64,000 bases of DNA from Eledone cirrhosa (taxonomy: Eukaryota). The stretch covers positions 136,958,001 to 137,022,000 of the forward strand of contig OZ024742.1 in NCBI GenBank assembly GCA_964016885.1. Reading direction: 5' to 3'. Numbering within the stretch: the stretch's first letter is position 1; each line of letters opens with the position of its first letter. Position numbers and translations under genes: made by a program. The notes below the pieces were generated by a model. The model worked only from the letters and a program-made list of their open reading frames with translations. It did not search any database and had not been told where the DNA came from. This document shows, one piece after another, positions 1 through 14,389 of this stretch.

Positions 1-40
1 GGGTTTCAAGATATCATGAGGTGTATATATATATATATAT

Positions 41-530
41 AATTCCAATTTATTATAAATTATATTTATAAATTTAAGAAATTTATAAATTTCCGGTTGG
101 TTGGTTGGTCCAACAACCGGACGGTTGTTCATATATTGTCAAAGTCAGAATGTGTGACCTCTTCAGTAACTGGGGATTCTTTTCTTTGTTTTGTGCCTCT
201 CCTTTGTTCTGTCCTACACCATCTTGTTTTTCAAGATGGCGTAGGACAGAACAAAGGAGAGGCACAAAATAATGAAAAGAATCCCTAGTCACTGAAGAGG
301 TCACAGAATGTGTGACGAAAGAACTTTGATAATATATGAACAACCGTCCGGTTGTGGAACCAACCAACCAACCAACCGAAAATTTATAAATTTAATTTAT
401 AATAAATTGGAGTGAAAGCAACTGGTGCGTGCGTTTCTTATTGGCAACATGACCCTCCCAAAGTATAAAATTATCGGTTTCAACACACGTTTTCAGATAA
501 AGAATCTTGCTAAATAAATTCAGAAACGAA
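41..530 (+). mobile_element. Family A hammerhead-bearing fold-back element (PLE terminus/retrozyme-like) between (TA)n tracts
   Basis: Arm 41-226 is the reverse complement of 232-411, with the turn at CATCTTG-TTTTT-CAAGATG. The unique tail 412-530 recurs at ~35630-35750 (+) and 38657-38780 (-). (TA)n lies on both sides. Confidence 0.8.
288..330 (+). ncRNA. Type I hammerhead ribozyme (family A)
   Basis: GTCA-CTGAAGA-g-GTCAC agaatgt GTGAC-GAAA-GAAC-TT-TGAT: core boxes, stem II and stem I are present. Confidence 0.7.
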
Positions 531-547
531 ATATATATATATATATA

Positions 548-740
548 AACAAAGAAAGTGTGGTAAGAAACCAGATGGACCATAACGCACCAGGGTACTC
601 AATACTTAGGGTAGTAGAGTGAGTAATAGGAAAAGAGTCAGGACCCCGACGGCTGAGCTTCGGCCGTTTCGACATCTAAGTCCAGACACGTATCCAGCTG
701 TCGAAACGGCCGGAGCTCCGCCGTCGGGGTCGTGACTATC
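548..740 (-). mobile_element. Family B PLE-terminus element with short inverted arm
   Basis: Same sequence at 12541, 12988, 20648 and 39732. Contains the hammerhead 3' half GAAA-CGGC..GCCG-TC-GGGGTC on both strands around a turn near 685. Confidence 0.75.
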
Positions 741-750
741 CCCCCCCCCC

Positions 751-781
<31 letters not shown>

Positions 782-784
782 GCC

Positions 785-1470
785 AATTCATCTCCTCCTC
801 TCTTCTACCCTACTGCTACTAATTTTATAATACGCACCATTCGTACACCCGCCATATACCTCCTCCCCAAGATATATAAACCCGATAATACCGACCGCCC
901 TTTCATTTCCCTCTGTAACTACCCAACCGAAATAATCTCCAAATACCTTCATACCTTCCTTGTCCGCCTAGTAGCCGACTTCCGCTCCTACATCTACGAC
1001 ACCAATTAACCCTTCTACTGTTTAACACCTTCTCCTCCTCTTCTGGGCCATTTCACCTTCTCTTTACCATGGACAGTAACTCACTCAACACCGCTAACAC
1101 TCACAACCTCAGCCCCCGCCTTCTCAGATATTTTTTAGACTCACCCTACCCTGGCACCTCTACTTTTCTCCGCTATGCTGAGCTCGTTCTCACTCTCAAT
1201 GATTTTATTACTTTTTTCCGGAGACGTTTACCAACAGGTCTCTGGATTAGCCATGGGTACAAGAATGGGTCCTAACAACTTATTCGGTGGCTACGTTGAG
1301 GTCTTGATCTTCACTCAGTACACTAGTCTGACCCCTCGGCTGTACGGTCATAACATCGCCGATGTTATCGGTGCCACCTCTTCTCTATTCTATCCTGTGA
1401 ACAGCGTGACTCCTTTCTTTCTTTTGCCCAGTATTTTCATTCGACCTTCGCACCTGAATACTCATAGATT
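785..1470 (+). pseudogene. Degraded Penelope-like reverse transcriptase fragment
   Basis: Across frames: TPAIYLLPKIYKP..RPFIS..PTE.ISKYL..SYIYDT, LFTMD..SL, ELVLTLN.F, YQQVSGLAMGTRMGP. These are typical PLE RT motifs, interrupted by frameshifts. Confidence 0.85.
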
Positions 1471-1947
1471 TCTCTGCTAACTTGAGCAACTGTGCCAACT
1501 CATTGCCAAATTAGTAGTCGATCAGCTGCGAAGCCACTGGTATTCACGACGCTGGTGTAATTTAATTAAACTGATGATCATTATGTGAACTATTGCTTAA
1601 TATGAGACAAGCAAGGTTTTTATCTAGGCTTACTCCTCTAGATCCAACCTGTTCTACTAGACTATCCAGTGGTAGCCATATCAGAGGGACCTCGTGTAGG
1701 ATGTGGCTCTTCAACGTGTAGGTCAGTTTTTGAACTGAGCGAGACTAGGTGTTCAGCTTAAATGAGGATATATTGTGCTTCATCAGTTCACTTAGTGGCA
1801 TGGTGAACAGACACTAGGATACACGGGATCGCCACAAAGGATCACCCAGTGTCAACCACTGAGACTTGCTACAGCTCTGCATATTCTTAAATAAACATAT
1901 ACATATTTAAACACCCACACAATATATACATATATACATATTATTGG

Positions 1948-2105
1948 ATGGCCGTTGACTCTCCAAAGTTCTCCCGCCTTTTGCCAGGTTTTGTTTCTGC
2001 TTTTGCATGGTGTCCAAACTCACCCTCCTCACCAAGCAAAGTTGTTGGGGTTGCCTGTTTAGTCGCCGATGACCCGACCATTGACAGCCATGTACTGTAA
2101 CAACT
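1948..2105. repeat. Dispersed ~160-bp GC-rich repeat (inverted copies at 47665-47828 and 51335-51515)
   Basis: CACCCTCCTCACCAAG..GGGGTTGCC.GTTTAG.CGCCGA.GACCCGACCA is shared by all three loci. Confidence 0.7.
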
Positions 2106-2856
2106 GCCTTGAGGCAGGCATTTTAGACAACTATACACATTCATCACCTTAATCCCGGTCGAGGAAGTACATACCTTACCACATATTGGCTTCAACATCT
2201 TCCAACTTCTCTTTCTGTTTTGTCATTTTCTAGATAAAATTGTAAAATTAAGGAGGCATAGTCTTTTGTGATATATATAGTCTATTCCTTCCTCGATAAT
2301 TAAGCTTACTGAAGTTGCGTCACGTCTTTTGACCCACAATGCTTAAATAATATGATATGATTTTTTTCTTTTGTTCCTCACTATACAGCTTTTACAATTC
2401 AAATTAATGTTTCCAGCACTATACCTTTTTTAATGTAATTTATTTCATGAATGTGTAAGATTTTCAGCTCCAAGCTATGTCTAGTATGTTGGGTATTTAA
2501 ATCTATAATTGTCAATATTTATTCAGATATATTTTTTTGTTTGATAATATATATTGAAATTTGAATACTTAAAATAGTTAGTCTATTTCTACGACCACTG
2601 TGATGAATGTTTGTTCCTGTTAATTCTGAGGCTACTATGGACAACAAATAATAAAACAAAGAGCTAATTGCTTAAATAGACAGATAGCTAAAACATATAT
2701 AAAACAAAGCAATCATCTACCTCTCAAACAATACATTGGCATTTTGTTAGCAAACCTGGAACAAAAAGAAAAAGAAAAGAAAACATTCATATGGTAATCT
2801 GGTTAAAGTATTTTTTCTTCATGAAGTACACTCAGAAATGTTAGTTCGCTTCTCAT

Positions 2857-2929
2857 ATCACCACCGCCATCACCACCACGACCATCACCAGCATCACCAG
2901 CACCACCTCCACCATCCTCATCCTCCTCC

Positions 2930-2960
<31 letters not shown>

Positions 2961-2996
2961 TGGCAAAAACAACGTCAATAACACCACCACCACCAG
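2857..2996. repeat. (CAT/CAC/CCT)n low-complexity tract
   Basis: Direct reading of trinucleotide runs. Confidence 0.85.
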
Positions 2997-3304
2997 TACG
3001 TACACCATCCTGTGAACAGCGCCGTGTGCCTTGCAGCAAAAGTCTTGCATGATTATTATGATTTTACTCAGTCGTGACCTGTGTCATAGTATGTTTTAAC
3101 TACTATATATGTGTACACGTGTCAGTGCTCTATCTGCTTCTACATGTATGCATGCATATGAGAATGTATATGTGTCATTTTTGTGTGTAAATAACACTAA
3201 AAGATTGTGTGTACCACAAGCATAAGTACCGTGAGTTCATAAGCGGGAATGTACTGGTGCGTTTGCGTACGCCTGCCTCTATCGACTATACTCACACACA
3301 CACC

Positions 3305-3338
<34 letters not shown>

Positions 3339-3358
3339 CATATATATAATGGGGGAGG

Positions 3359-3393
<35 letters not shown>

Positions 3394-3887
3394 GAGAGAG
3401 ATAGTTTATTGCATACTATATATATATATAGACATGCATACTTACACATATACACACACGCGCACACATATACATACTCACAGACATATATATATATATA
3501 TATATATATAGGTGTAAACACCCTTTTCGGTCGCAAATGACCATGGGATTTACACTTACAATGTGCCCCTCGGAGGCACAAATGCGGGTATATAAGCATG
3601 CAGGCATATAGGTATGTATGCAAGTATACATGTATGCATAGCTCAATGCATTGTCTGGAATCTCAAATAAATATTTGCATATATGGCCTCACAGTAAGAA
3701 GCGGGAGTAGGTATTCATCCAAAGTTTAAATTTATCGAAAGTGATATAAATCAATTTTCTGTTCTTTCGGGATTTGCATTGACCAATAACAAATCGCTTC
3801 TTTCCCCATTTTATTTTAAAATCCTTAATACTTCTAATTAAACTAAACATATATGTCATTACTGACAGTCTGGCTATACCAGTGAAC

Positions 3888-4004
<117 letters not shown>

Positions 4005-4089
4005 TGTGTGTGTGTGTGTGTGTGTGAGTGAGTGTGTGTATATAATATATATGTTCACTAGTGTGTATATATATATATATCTTACTCCC

Positions 4090-4182
<93 letters not shown>

Positions 4183-4245
4183 CATAGAGGGAGAGAGAAA
4201 TAGAGAGAGAGAGTGAGTGAGAGAATCATGTATGTATATATATAT

Positions 4246-4318
<73 letters not shown>

Positions 4319-4649
4319 TGCAAACACGAACACAAACACACACAGACACACACATACACAATAGCAGAGAAGACTGTGAACAGCCTGGGGTGGTTGTACT
4401 ATGGCTCACTTAATGACAGATGTGTGGGAAATCCAGAAGGTGGTCTATGATGGACTTTCAACGATAGACAAAACATAGCTTCCAGGCAAGTTCATGCTCT
4501 GGTGTATGTAATTTGCATTGCAAACCAGAGTGCTGTATCCACTCATGTTGTACAATTTCATACTAAGACATTACAAGACCATTGGGCAAAGTAAAATATT
4601 TATACCTGAAAGTTGCTAAGATTGCCATAAACCTTTGCATGTACAAGAA

Positions 4650-5280
4650 TGATAATCCGACAGAATTACCTATCCCATTAATAGTCGAGCAGTACAAATG
4701 TGGTATGTGGTGGACTGTGCTGATACTGCACCATTAGAACGATCATATGCGCTCCTCCTCGCCATGAACCGTAAAGAGAGAACGTTGGTAGTAGTCAAAC
4801 AGGTAAGAAGATTAAAAAAAAAAGGAGTCTGTATGATTTCTTTGATCAATGTAGCCAACATAAACTCTATTTCCTTTGTAGGAGTGTATGCTGAATGGGA
4901 GATCGAATGGAAAGAAATTTGGTTATTAAAGGAAGCCAGAACAAGCGTTCCAGTTCGCTACGACTTGCTTCCTAGTCGATAAAATTAAAACGTTAGAAAG
5001 TAGAAAAGAGTAGCCTCTGTAAAAGCTGGAAAGATGAGGTAGATACTGTCAAGTTGGTCACTCAGCTGAAAGATAGATATGGTGGAATATCCTGATGCTT
5101 AGAGTAGTGGTTGATGCCATGAAAGAAAAGGTCAGAGGAATAACAACGCCCGTTGAAAAATACAAACAGAAGATGTGTAAAGAAGCCAGCCACTTCATGA
5201 AAGAAGACTGACCCAAACTAGGAGTGGATTTGAGAGATCTCAGTGACCTGGAGACAAATAACACTCCCCTTCTTTCCTAA
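4650..5280 (-). pseudogene. Heavily degraded LINE RT C-terminal remnant (CR1/L2/Jockey-like)
   Basis: Non-repetitive, coding-like composition with weak resemblance to LINE C-termini; no clean motif. Confidence 0.3.
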
Positions 5281-5535
5281 GAAAAGACCCAACATTGTCT
5301 TTTTAGTGCAGGGAAAGGAGGTTGCTGAAGATGGTGGCACGTATTATCTCTTTTTAGATGTATCACTATTATTCATTTGATAAGAAAGCCACAAAATAGT
5401 TAAATGGTTAAACTCTGAGAAACCATCTGATGAGAGATGTCATATTTCCGTGTAGAGATGTGTCTGAGGGTTTGTAGAACTCAGAGGTTACTCACTGTTG
5501 AAGGAACTTGGACTGACGCTATATATGTGTGTATA

Positions 5536-5605
<70 letters not shown>

Positions 5606-5937
5606 TATCTATTAGAAAAAAAGGAAAAGAATGACTTCACTTGTAGTGTTAAAAATTTATGATTTAATGTTATAATATAATATTATAATATTATGAGTTG
5701 GTAGATCCATTAATATATACATACATATATATATATGTTCCTGAGACGGGTCGGGGGTGGGGGGGGGGGTGTACAGCTAAAAAGTTACTCAATACGTTGG
5801 TAGAGTCTACTCGTCTTTATTATATAAAATAATGACTTCTACAGTAGGACTAGAATGGTTTCATTCATATTGTTTAAATATGCATGCATCAATATCCATT
5901 AAAGAATGGATTTAACTTCTTAACCTTGGTCTTTCTT

Positions 5938-5979
<42 letters not shown>

Positions 5980-6199
5980 TGTATATATATACTCTATATA
6001 ATATACATATATATGTATATATATATGTGTATGTGTGTGTATGTATGTGTGTGTGTGTCAGTGTGTGTCTGTGTGTGTGTGTATGTCTGTGTGTGTGTCA
6101 GTGTGTGTCTGTGTGTGAGTGCCTGTGTGTGTGTGAAGTAAGCGAAAAAAAAAACAGACGATGATGTACAATGTAGACATATATTAGTTTCACCTTTGA

Positions 6200-6950
6200 T
6201 ATAGTAAGAAAGATCTTAAAGTTTCGGACGCTAGTCCTTCATCAGCAAATAGAATGAAAAATTAAAGAAGATATAGAAAAGTAGAGGAGAGTGAGCAGGG
6301 GCAGAAACAAAAATAATTTCTTCGAGAACATCAGGTCCATTTCGCCATTATATATATGTGAAGAGGGAAGAATAATTGGTGAATGACAAACCCATTTGGG
6401 CTGATGTTTTAAATCTTCCTTATGTTCCTTATTCTTTCTGGTTTCTAGTGACTATTAATATGTTTGAGTTTCGATGTGAACATCACAGACCTTTCATTTA
6501 TACATATTATGATATTGATCCTATTCCATGCGCAAATGATTTATGGTGTATAGGGCATCAATGGTCAAATATATTCTTACGTTAATATAGTATTCCATAT
6601 TTATTCGTAGAAATATTATCGGATGTGACATCCATCCCTAGATGTTTTGTCCATCTCATTGGTAGTTATATTTATGATAGTTAGGTTGTTATAATGTTTT
6701 GGTGTATTCTGTGTATTAATGACAATAGAGACCTCTTCTGTATTATATTACTTCATAATATTGTCGATAAAGTAGATGACAAGTGAAATAATGAGTATCC
6801 CAATTGCCACCAAAACCTGTTGATCTACTAACAGATGTTTGATTATATTGGATTAAATACGCCAACTTTCATCGTACTTTCAACAGAATCTGATTACTGA
6901 AGAAAGCGCAACATAATTTATCATGGAAGAAATTTGATCCAGGTTAAATA
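6200..6950 (-). mobile_element. Old PLE remnant with hammerhead core at its 3' end
   Basis: Minus strand 6219-6246 reads CTGATGA-a-GGAC tagc GTCC-GAAAC; stems I and III are not recoverable. Upstream sequence weakly resembles a GIY-YIG C-terminus (LKTSAPNG-like). Confidence 0.45.
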
Positions 6951-7287
6951 CAAATATTTTCCTGTATCAAATTATTGAATATATATATAACGATTCTTTT
7001 CAATGACAGTTCACTGTTATTCACTACGATAACAAAAGATGCATATCACTGTCTCGATTTATCCTGTAACTTATATATTTTTCTATCATGAAGACATTAA
7101 AATGTAAAGTAAACAAACTTAACTATGGCAAAACTATATATTAGTCTATATATGTAAACTATTATGGTTGTCCTTTATTCCAAAATACATCCAACCATAG
7201 CATTTCGAAATTGTGTTTATACATACACAATACAGGCACAGCGACATACACATATGCGCGCACACACAAGCACTAACACACACACAC

Positions 7288-7324
<37 letters not shown>

Positions 7325-8039
7325 CACACAAGGACGCCTGTATATGTGGTTGTATGTTTGGACATTTATAAAACCGTGGCACGTTCGTTCAAAATTCTTC
7401 TCTATATGACATTTTCCATTGGTTTTTCATAATGTCAACTATATTGTTTTGTACAAGAAGGTAGAATATTGATTTACCTACATTGGATTCAGATATATCT
7501 CGAAATGCCGCTTGAATTTCCAATTATGTTTAAAAGTAAATAGTACATACTAAAGTAATGTCGGTGGTTATAAACACTTTTCTATTATAGAACATCCAGA
7601 TATGACCTTTCAAATATAATTGGTGTTTATTCGTTTTAAGTTTTTTTTAGCTCGAAATGATTAATTTTAAATTTTAGATATGAACTTAGAACCCAGGCTA
7701 TAGCTCTAGTAGTTAAAGTAAACCCTTGATTTGATAAATGTCAATTGTACTTAGTTCCCGGGTAGCGTTCTAACCTTATATCGGAGTATGATTGAACGGC
7801 TATTCGTACATCTAAAATATACACAAATAAAAAAAAAAAAAGCAATCGAAAAACACCGAAATGATTATTAGTTCTTACGAAAAGATAAACAAAATACATA
7901 TTAATAAAACATTGTTATTTTTGGTGAAACACACGTACATTGTATATTGTTATATCTGGTGTTTGGGATTCAAATCTTCATATATAACAGCTTTATAATG
8001 TATTAGAATCATAGGCTCCTGTATTCTTTTATAAAGCTG

Positions 8040-8450
8040 CTTCTTCTTCTTCTTCTTCTTCTTCTTCTTCTTCTTCTTCTTCTTCTTCTTCTTCTTCTTC
8101 TTCTTCTTCTTCTTCTTCTCTTTGCCCACTTATTCCGGGGGAGAGAGGGGGGGGGGGGGAGGGGGTCGTTTCACCAAAGTCTTCTTTCCAGCGGGTCTTC
8201 TCAGAAACAACTGTCGCTAATTGATCCGGCTACATTTCCAAGTGTGACTAGCCGAGCTGATGTGTGTTATCCAACCAACATGCTCGGTGTCAATCCTTGG
8301 GTCTCCTGCCGGTTCGTTTCGCCCTTAAAAATCTCACCAGAAAACGATTGCGAACATGAGGCCGAAATGGATTTGCTCCGTAAGTGTCACTGGAGTAACG
8401 TAGCCTGGACATCAGATAGCTGCTTCAGGTAGAGCCATTACGTGAGAGAT
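8040..8450 (-). mobile_element. RTE-like LINE 3' fragment with (GAA)n tail
   Basis: (TTC)n at 8040-8118 followed by sequence whose reverse complement encodes G.KR..GRP....W.D-like motifs; a similar copy lies at 40566-40930. Confidence 0.6.
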
Positions 8451-8618
8451 CACAGCTCCGATACTGTGCACTGGTGGTTAGAATGTGTCAGGAAAGAATA
8501 GTTGGAGAGTTAATATTCTACTATAAATAAATATAATATCCATTGGTATATATTGCTTCTATTAGTATATGTTTGTCCGAAGGTGTGTGTGTGGTAGAAT
8601 GTGATGTGTGTGTGCGTG

Positions 8619-8696
<78 letters not shown>

Positions 8697-8973
8697 TGTG
8701 TCTACAAATGGGTGGGCGGTAATTATTCTATATATATATACAATTATGCTAATGAATATTTAAAAATGTTTGCATGAATCAATTGACATCCCTCATATGT
8801 CATGCCTACTCCATGATCTGGCATCAATAACAACAACGACATCAATTACCCTGCTCTTACCCTAATATTCCTAACTAAATGTTGTGAAATGTAATTAGGG
8901 CAAATAAATGCCAGAAACTTCATCGAAGCGAAAACAAACATGGCAAACATACAATACACACACACACACACAC

Positions 8974-9092
<119 letters not shown>

Positions 9093-9284
9093 CAATGATA
9101 TTAAATAAATGTAAACTATATTTATAGAACCATATTTATTCTATTATATATATATATATATATATATATAAACGGAAAAGATGAAACGAAATTTCATACT
9201 TATATATATATAAACATACATACATACACACACATATATATGTGTGTGTGTATGTATGTGTGTATGTACATATGTATTATATAA

Positions 9285-9358
<74 letters not shown>

Positions 9359-9470
9359 GTGTGTGTGTGTGTCTGTGTGAGTGTGTATATATATATATAT
9401 ATATATAAACACAATTCTGTCACAATTATAGTGTCACTACATCGTTAAGTATTGTTATTTATATATCTTA

Positions 9471-9660
9471 GGCGGTGGATTGGCAGTATCGGTAGAGGGT
9501 CGGACGCCATGCTTTCCAGCATAGTTACATCCCTTTACGATCTGAGTTCAAATCCCGCCGAGGTTGACTTTGCCTTTCATCCTTACGGGGTCGATAAAAT
9601 AAAGTACCAGTAATGCACTGGGTAATTGCTGGCCTTGTGCCTAAAGTAGAAACAGTTATT
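9471..9660 (+). mobile_element. tRNA-derived SINE with Nin/Deu-like central domain
   Basis: A-box-like TGGCAGTATCGG, B-box-like GAGTTCAAATCC, then GCCTTTCATCCTTACGGGGTCGATAAAATAAAGTACCAG; many copies in the window. Confidence 0.85.
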
Positions 9661-9761
9661 TATATATCTTAAAATTTCAATCGAAATTGATACCTAACCA
9701 TCTATTTTCCCTCCTTTCTTTCGTTCCCAGTCTCTCTCTTTCTCTGTATACATATATATAT

Positions 9762-9801
<40 letters not shown>

Positions 9802-10227
9802 AGGGAGGGAGAGAGAAGGAGACAAAGAGAGGGGGAATAGGGAAAGAGAAGGTGATGGAGAGAGTGAGAGGTGGGAGACGAACACTGAGAAAAGATGGCA
9901 AATCTCCAGCAAGGATTAAATAGAATGACAGAATGATCGGGTTAGATGCAAACTAGTGATGGATAACGAAGTAGAATGGACTGCAGAGTTGTCTATAGAA
10001 CCTATAAATGTCCTTGTGGCATCCGTGTTGCTTGGCACAGCTTAAGGGATTGATACTCGCGAATGGGGCTGAAATCCTTGACATCTCCGAATGTAAGCTG
10101 AATGTACTGTTACGGCTTGTTTGAAGAATATATATATATATATATATGATCGAACCTTGAGCAGATCAATAGCGAAACGTGCATCACCAATCAATAAACG
10201 TAAGACATAACAAATCGTCCTTTTTTT

Positions 10228-10404
10228 AGCAGTATCGGTAGAGGGTCGGACGCCATCTTTGCAGCAAAGAGTTACGCCCCTTTATGCTCTGAGTTCAAAT
10301 CCCGCCAAGGTTAACTTTGCCTTTCATCCATACAGGGTCGATAAAATACAGTACCAGTAATACACTGGAATAATTGCTTGCCTTGTGTCAAAAGTAGAAA
10401 CAAT

Positions 10405-10408
<4 letters not shown>
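10228..10408 (+). mobile_element. SINE, same family as 9471
   Basis: High similarity to 9471-9660. Confidence 0.85.
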
Positions 10409-10459
<51 letters not shown>

Positions 10460-10462
<3 letters not shown>

Positions 10463-10809
10463 TGTATCCCCGGCAGTCATGGTTTCGACATTCGCGAACC
10501 TAGTTATTCGCGGAATTTTCCTTAAATACCTAACTAATAATTGTTCGCGGAAACAACCGCACATTCGCGAAAACGTTAATATCTGCTGCGATTTTATTTG
10601 TGGTTCTTTGCGTGACAATATATATATTTTTTTAACGCTAAATTATAACAATATACCGTATTTGCATCTATTAGACGCCTCTTCGCATATATTTTACGTC
10701 ATGTTTTGACGTTTATAGGTATTTTTATGCCCACGCCCTATATTCGCGGTTTTTCACTCTTCGTGAAAGCTCTAGGAACGTAAACCCCGCGAATAACGGG
10801 AGACAACTG
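10460..10809. mobile_element. Tc1/mariner-pogo (Tigger-like) MITE
   Basis: Imperfect terminal inverted repeats CAGTGTATCCCCG / CGGGAGACAACTG, repeated subterminal ATTCGCG motifs, TA context. Confidence 0.7.
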
Positions 10810-10813
10810 TTTA

Positions 10814-10853
<40 letters not shown>

Positions 10854-11385
10854 GTAATAATAAATATATATATATATATGCATATATGGGTGTGTGTTCA
10901 CGTGCGTATGTTTGGGTGTGAGTGTACGTGAATATATATATATATATATATGTACGAGTGTGTTTGTGAATTGTGTAATCTCTGTAACAGCATTTTCCAT
11001 TTTCTCCTCTATTTAATAGATTTGGTATATTTGTTAGATGTTGATTGTTAGAGATGCAATTTCCTTTATGTCCTTAAAGTCAGTTCCTGAGGGTATACAA
11101 CACCATATAAATGGGTATACTGCCCTTAAAAAACTGGAGGCGACAGGGCAAAATTGATGATGTATGGAATATGCAATCCAAATATACCCATGAATGAATC
11201 TAATTTCCCAAACCACAGAATTCATTCCTTTCGTTTGCCATTATAAATATATATGTCTACAAATACATATTTTTGATTTTTTTATCGGGCCATGCTTCGT
11301 AGGTAGGTGAATATATGTTTGTTTGTTTTTGTGAGTTTTCAGAACTTGCGCAATAAATGTGATGCGTGTATAAATCTCTCTCTCA

Positions 11386-11486
<101 letters not shown>

Positions 11487-11666
11487 GAGACAGAGAGAGT
11501 GATGAAAAGAGAGAGAAAGAGAGAGACAGAGAGAGAGAGAGAGTGATATATGTATGTTTGTATGTGTGTGCGTATATCTGTTTATGTGTGTCCAATTTTT
11601 TTTGTACACATGTATTTATGTATGTATGTGTTTATGTATGTATGCATGCATGAGTGATTATGCGTA

Positions 11667-11718
<52 letters not shown>

Positions 11719-11910
11719 GTAGGAGGTGAGTTTTATTGCATGATGATATTTGTTTTTGAAATGCGTATAATAAAATACATGGAACTCTTTTAACCATCTT
11801 TTGTTCTTATATATATATATATATATATATATATGCATATATGTATATGTACGTATGTATGTGTGTGTATAAGTGCGTATATATTTATGTATGTATCTAC
11901 GTATCTATGC

Positions 11911-12103
<193 letters not shown>

Positions 12104-12420
12104 TATATGTGCATCTTGTGAGTATGTGTCTGTTATGCATGCAGATACTGAATTAATACCTAAGGGAAAGCGGAGAAATTCGTTACTGTTTTTATAATAT
12201 TCTTTGAATTCCATGGTTAACTCTTGGTATTCAAATGTAGTGTAGAATGAATTGGAGATATATTGTAATGGCTTCAAAACGTAGAGTAGAAAAAGGAGTG
12301 TAAAGGAGTGCTGGTGAAGTAGGATTAGAGTGATATATATATATATATATATGTATGTGTGTATATATATATGTATGTATGTATATGTATATATACATAC
12401 ATTCACCCACATAAACACAC

Positions 12421-12532
<112 letters not shown>

Positions 12533-12540
12533 ATATATAT

Positions 12541-12659
12541 ATAGGAACCAGTAAGACCCCGGGGTCTTACTGGTTCCTATTACCCACTCTACTACCTCAA
12601 GTATTGAGTACTTTGGTGCGTTATGGTCCACCTGGTTCCTTACCACATTTCCTTCGTTA
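12541..12659 (+). mobile_element. Family B element starting at the predicted ribozyme cleavage site
   Basis: Perfect palindrome ATAGGAACCAGTAAGACCCC|GGGGTCTTACTGGTTCCTAT followed by the family B tail and (TA)n. Confidence 0.8.
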
Positions 12660-12679
12660 TATATATATATATATATATA

Positions 12680-12815
12680 GGGAAAAAAGATGAAATCGAA
12701 AATGCAACTGGAGTCTTTTAAAAAAATATATATATATTTATTTGGTTCCTTTTCCGGTTTCGCAGTTCTTCTGCCTTTCAAAAGTAGAATTGAGATGGAG
12801 GGTTTGTGGTTTTCT
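12680..12815 (-). mobile_element. Family F short element (degenerate hammerhead)
   Basis: Reverse complement of 62312-62450. Confidence 0.75.
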
Positions 12816-12876
12816 CACACACGCACACACACACACACACGCACACACACACATACACATACACACACGCATACAG

Positions 12877-12908
<32 letters not shown>

Positions 12909-12918
12909 ACACACACAC

Positions 12919-12987
<69 letters not shown>

Positions 12988-12989
<2 letters not shown>

Positions 12990-13620
12990 ACGAAGGAAGC
13001 GTGGTTAGGAACCAGGTGGACCATAACGCACAAGAGTACTCGATACTTTGGGTATTAGAGTTGGTAATAGGAAAAGAGTCAGGACCCCGCCGGCAGAGCT
13101 CAAGCCGTTTCGACGGCGTCCGAATGTAGTACGTTAGAATTTATCAGAAATGGAGTGTAGTGAAATGACGGTGTGAGTTGAGTTTGGAAGAAATAGTTTG
13201 CTGTGTAATGGAGTCGTAATAAAAGACAAGGCGGAATTATTGTAGCAATATAGTGTGCTGTGAGATGTCAGGCCCGCACTCTTACTAAGAAGCGTATTGA
13301 AGAGAGGCATGTTGTAAATGTAATTGGGATTGAATTAAACTAGATATCGGTTGCGTTGTAAAATGTAGCTTGCTTTCTGTAGTGATGACATATCTAAATC
13401 TTTTATTCGCAACCTATTTATTATTTTATTCTTTTATTAGTTCGTTCATTGTCCCAACGGAGTCATTTCTCGGGTGTTTGATCTTTGAAATGGAGAGCTT
13501 TTGAAGTTGAAATTGAAGTGGCCGATGTTGTGGAATGATGGCATAGCTTTGTACCGAACTGACACTTTCAAACCCCCATCGCTGTTTATGCAGTGTCTGA
13601 CTCAGTGAGGTCATCTTGAA
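12988..13620 (-). mobile_element. Family B terminus attached to a degraded GIY-YIG-like remnant
   Basis: 12988-13120 matches family B. Minus ORF 13426-13614 begins ..SQTLHKQRWG, resembling the GxTxQTLxxRxxGH motif of PLE endonucleases. Confidence 0.55.
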
Positions 13621-14389
13621 CTGTAACCGAATTCTTTCATTTGCTTTGTCTATTTATATTTATTCATTTATGTATTGGTATGTTTATTGTCTCAGTATCT
13701 TTATGAATCATCGGTAGAAAGCTTTATAGAAGTAAACGATAATCGTATCTGAACCTCAATTCAATCTTCACCCACCGCTTGTAGCAATTATCGTCATATG
13801 GGAAAACGAAAAACACAGATAACATATATTTCCAGTATATCCTCCCATTAAAATATGATGAGATGCATCCGTAATATACTTGATAATGGTTATTATTAAC
13901 TGGATTGAGAAGAAGTTCTAACCACTCGCAACACAGAATCAAGGCAACTAAGGGAATACAGCACAGGGTTTATCAATGCTTAGTTCCTCATTCAAATCTA
14001 GTAAATGCGTTTCTAAAACATTTAGGTAGAAAACCTTATCACTAATTCATTTACTGCTGGAAATAGATATCCGAATTTCTGGAATACTTCTAAAGAGCGA
14101 AAGAACTGGGGATGTTTAATTCCCCACTCTGTATTACATATAAAATAGAGGTAAACCCCAGAGATTTAAAAGGAATTCAGGGTTTCATTTAAATGATTTC
14201 ACAATAACTTAAAGTGATATGACACTAGTCCCGAAAACTTATTATTTTCATTTGTATCTCTTTTAGGCAAAAATATACGTTAAAATCACCTTTTACTTAT
14301 TAAAAGTTGAAGTTGAAGTCCAGTTGAAGTCGGAAATTTGTTTCGGAAATACTTCCGGAAATATGTTTCCGAAGATTTCTCGGGGCTAT

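Noticed and set aside
2803-3050. Poly-Asp/Gly, poly-Met or poly-His ORFs as a host exon
   Set aside because: Explained by (CAT/CAC)n repeats; no domain and no convincing splice context.
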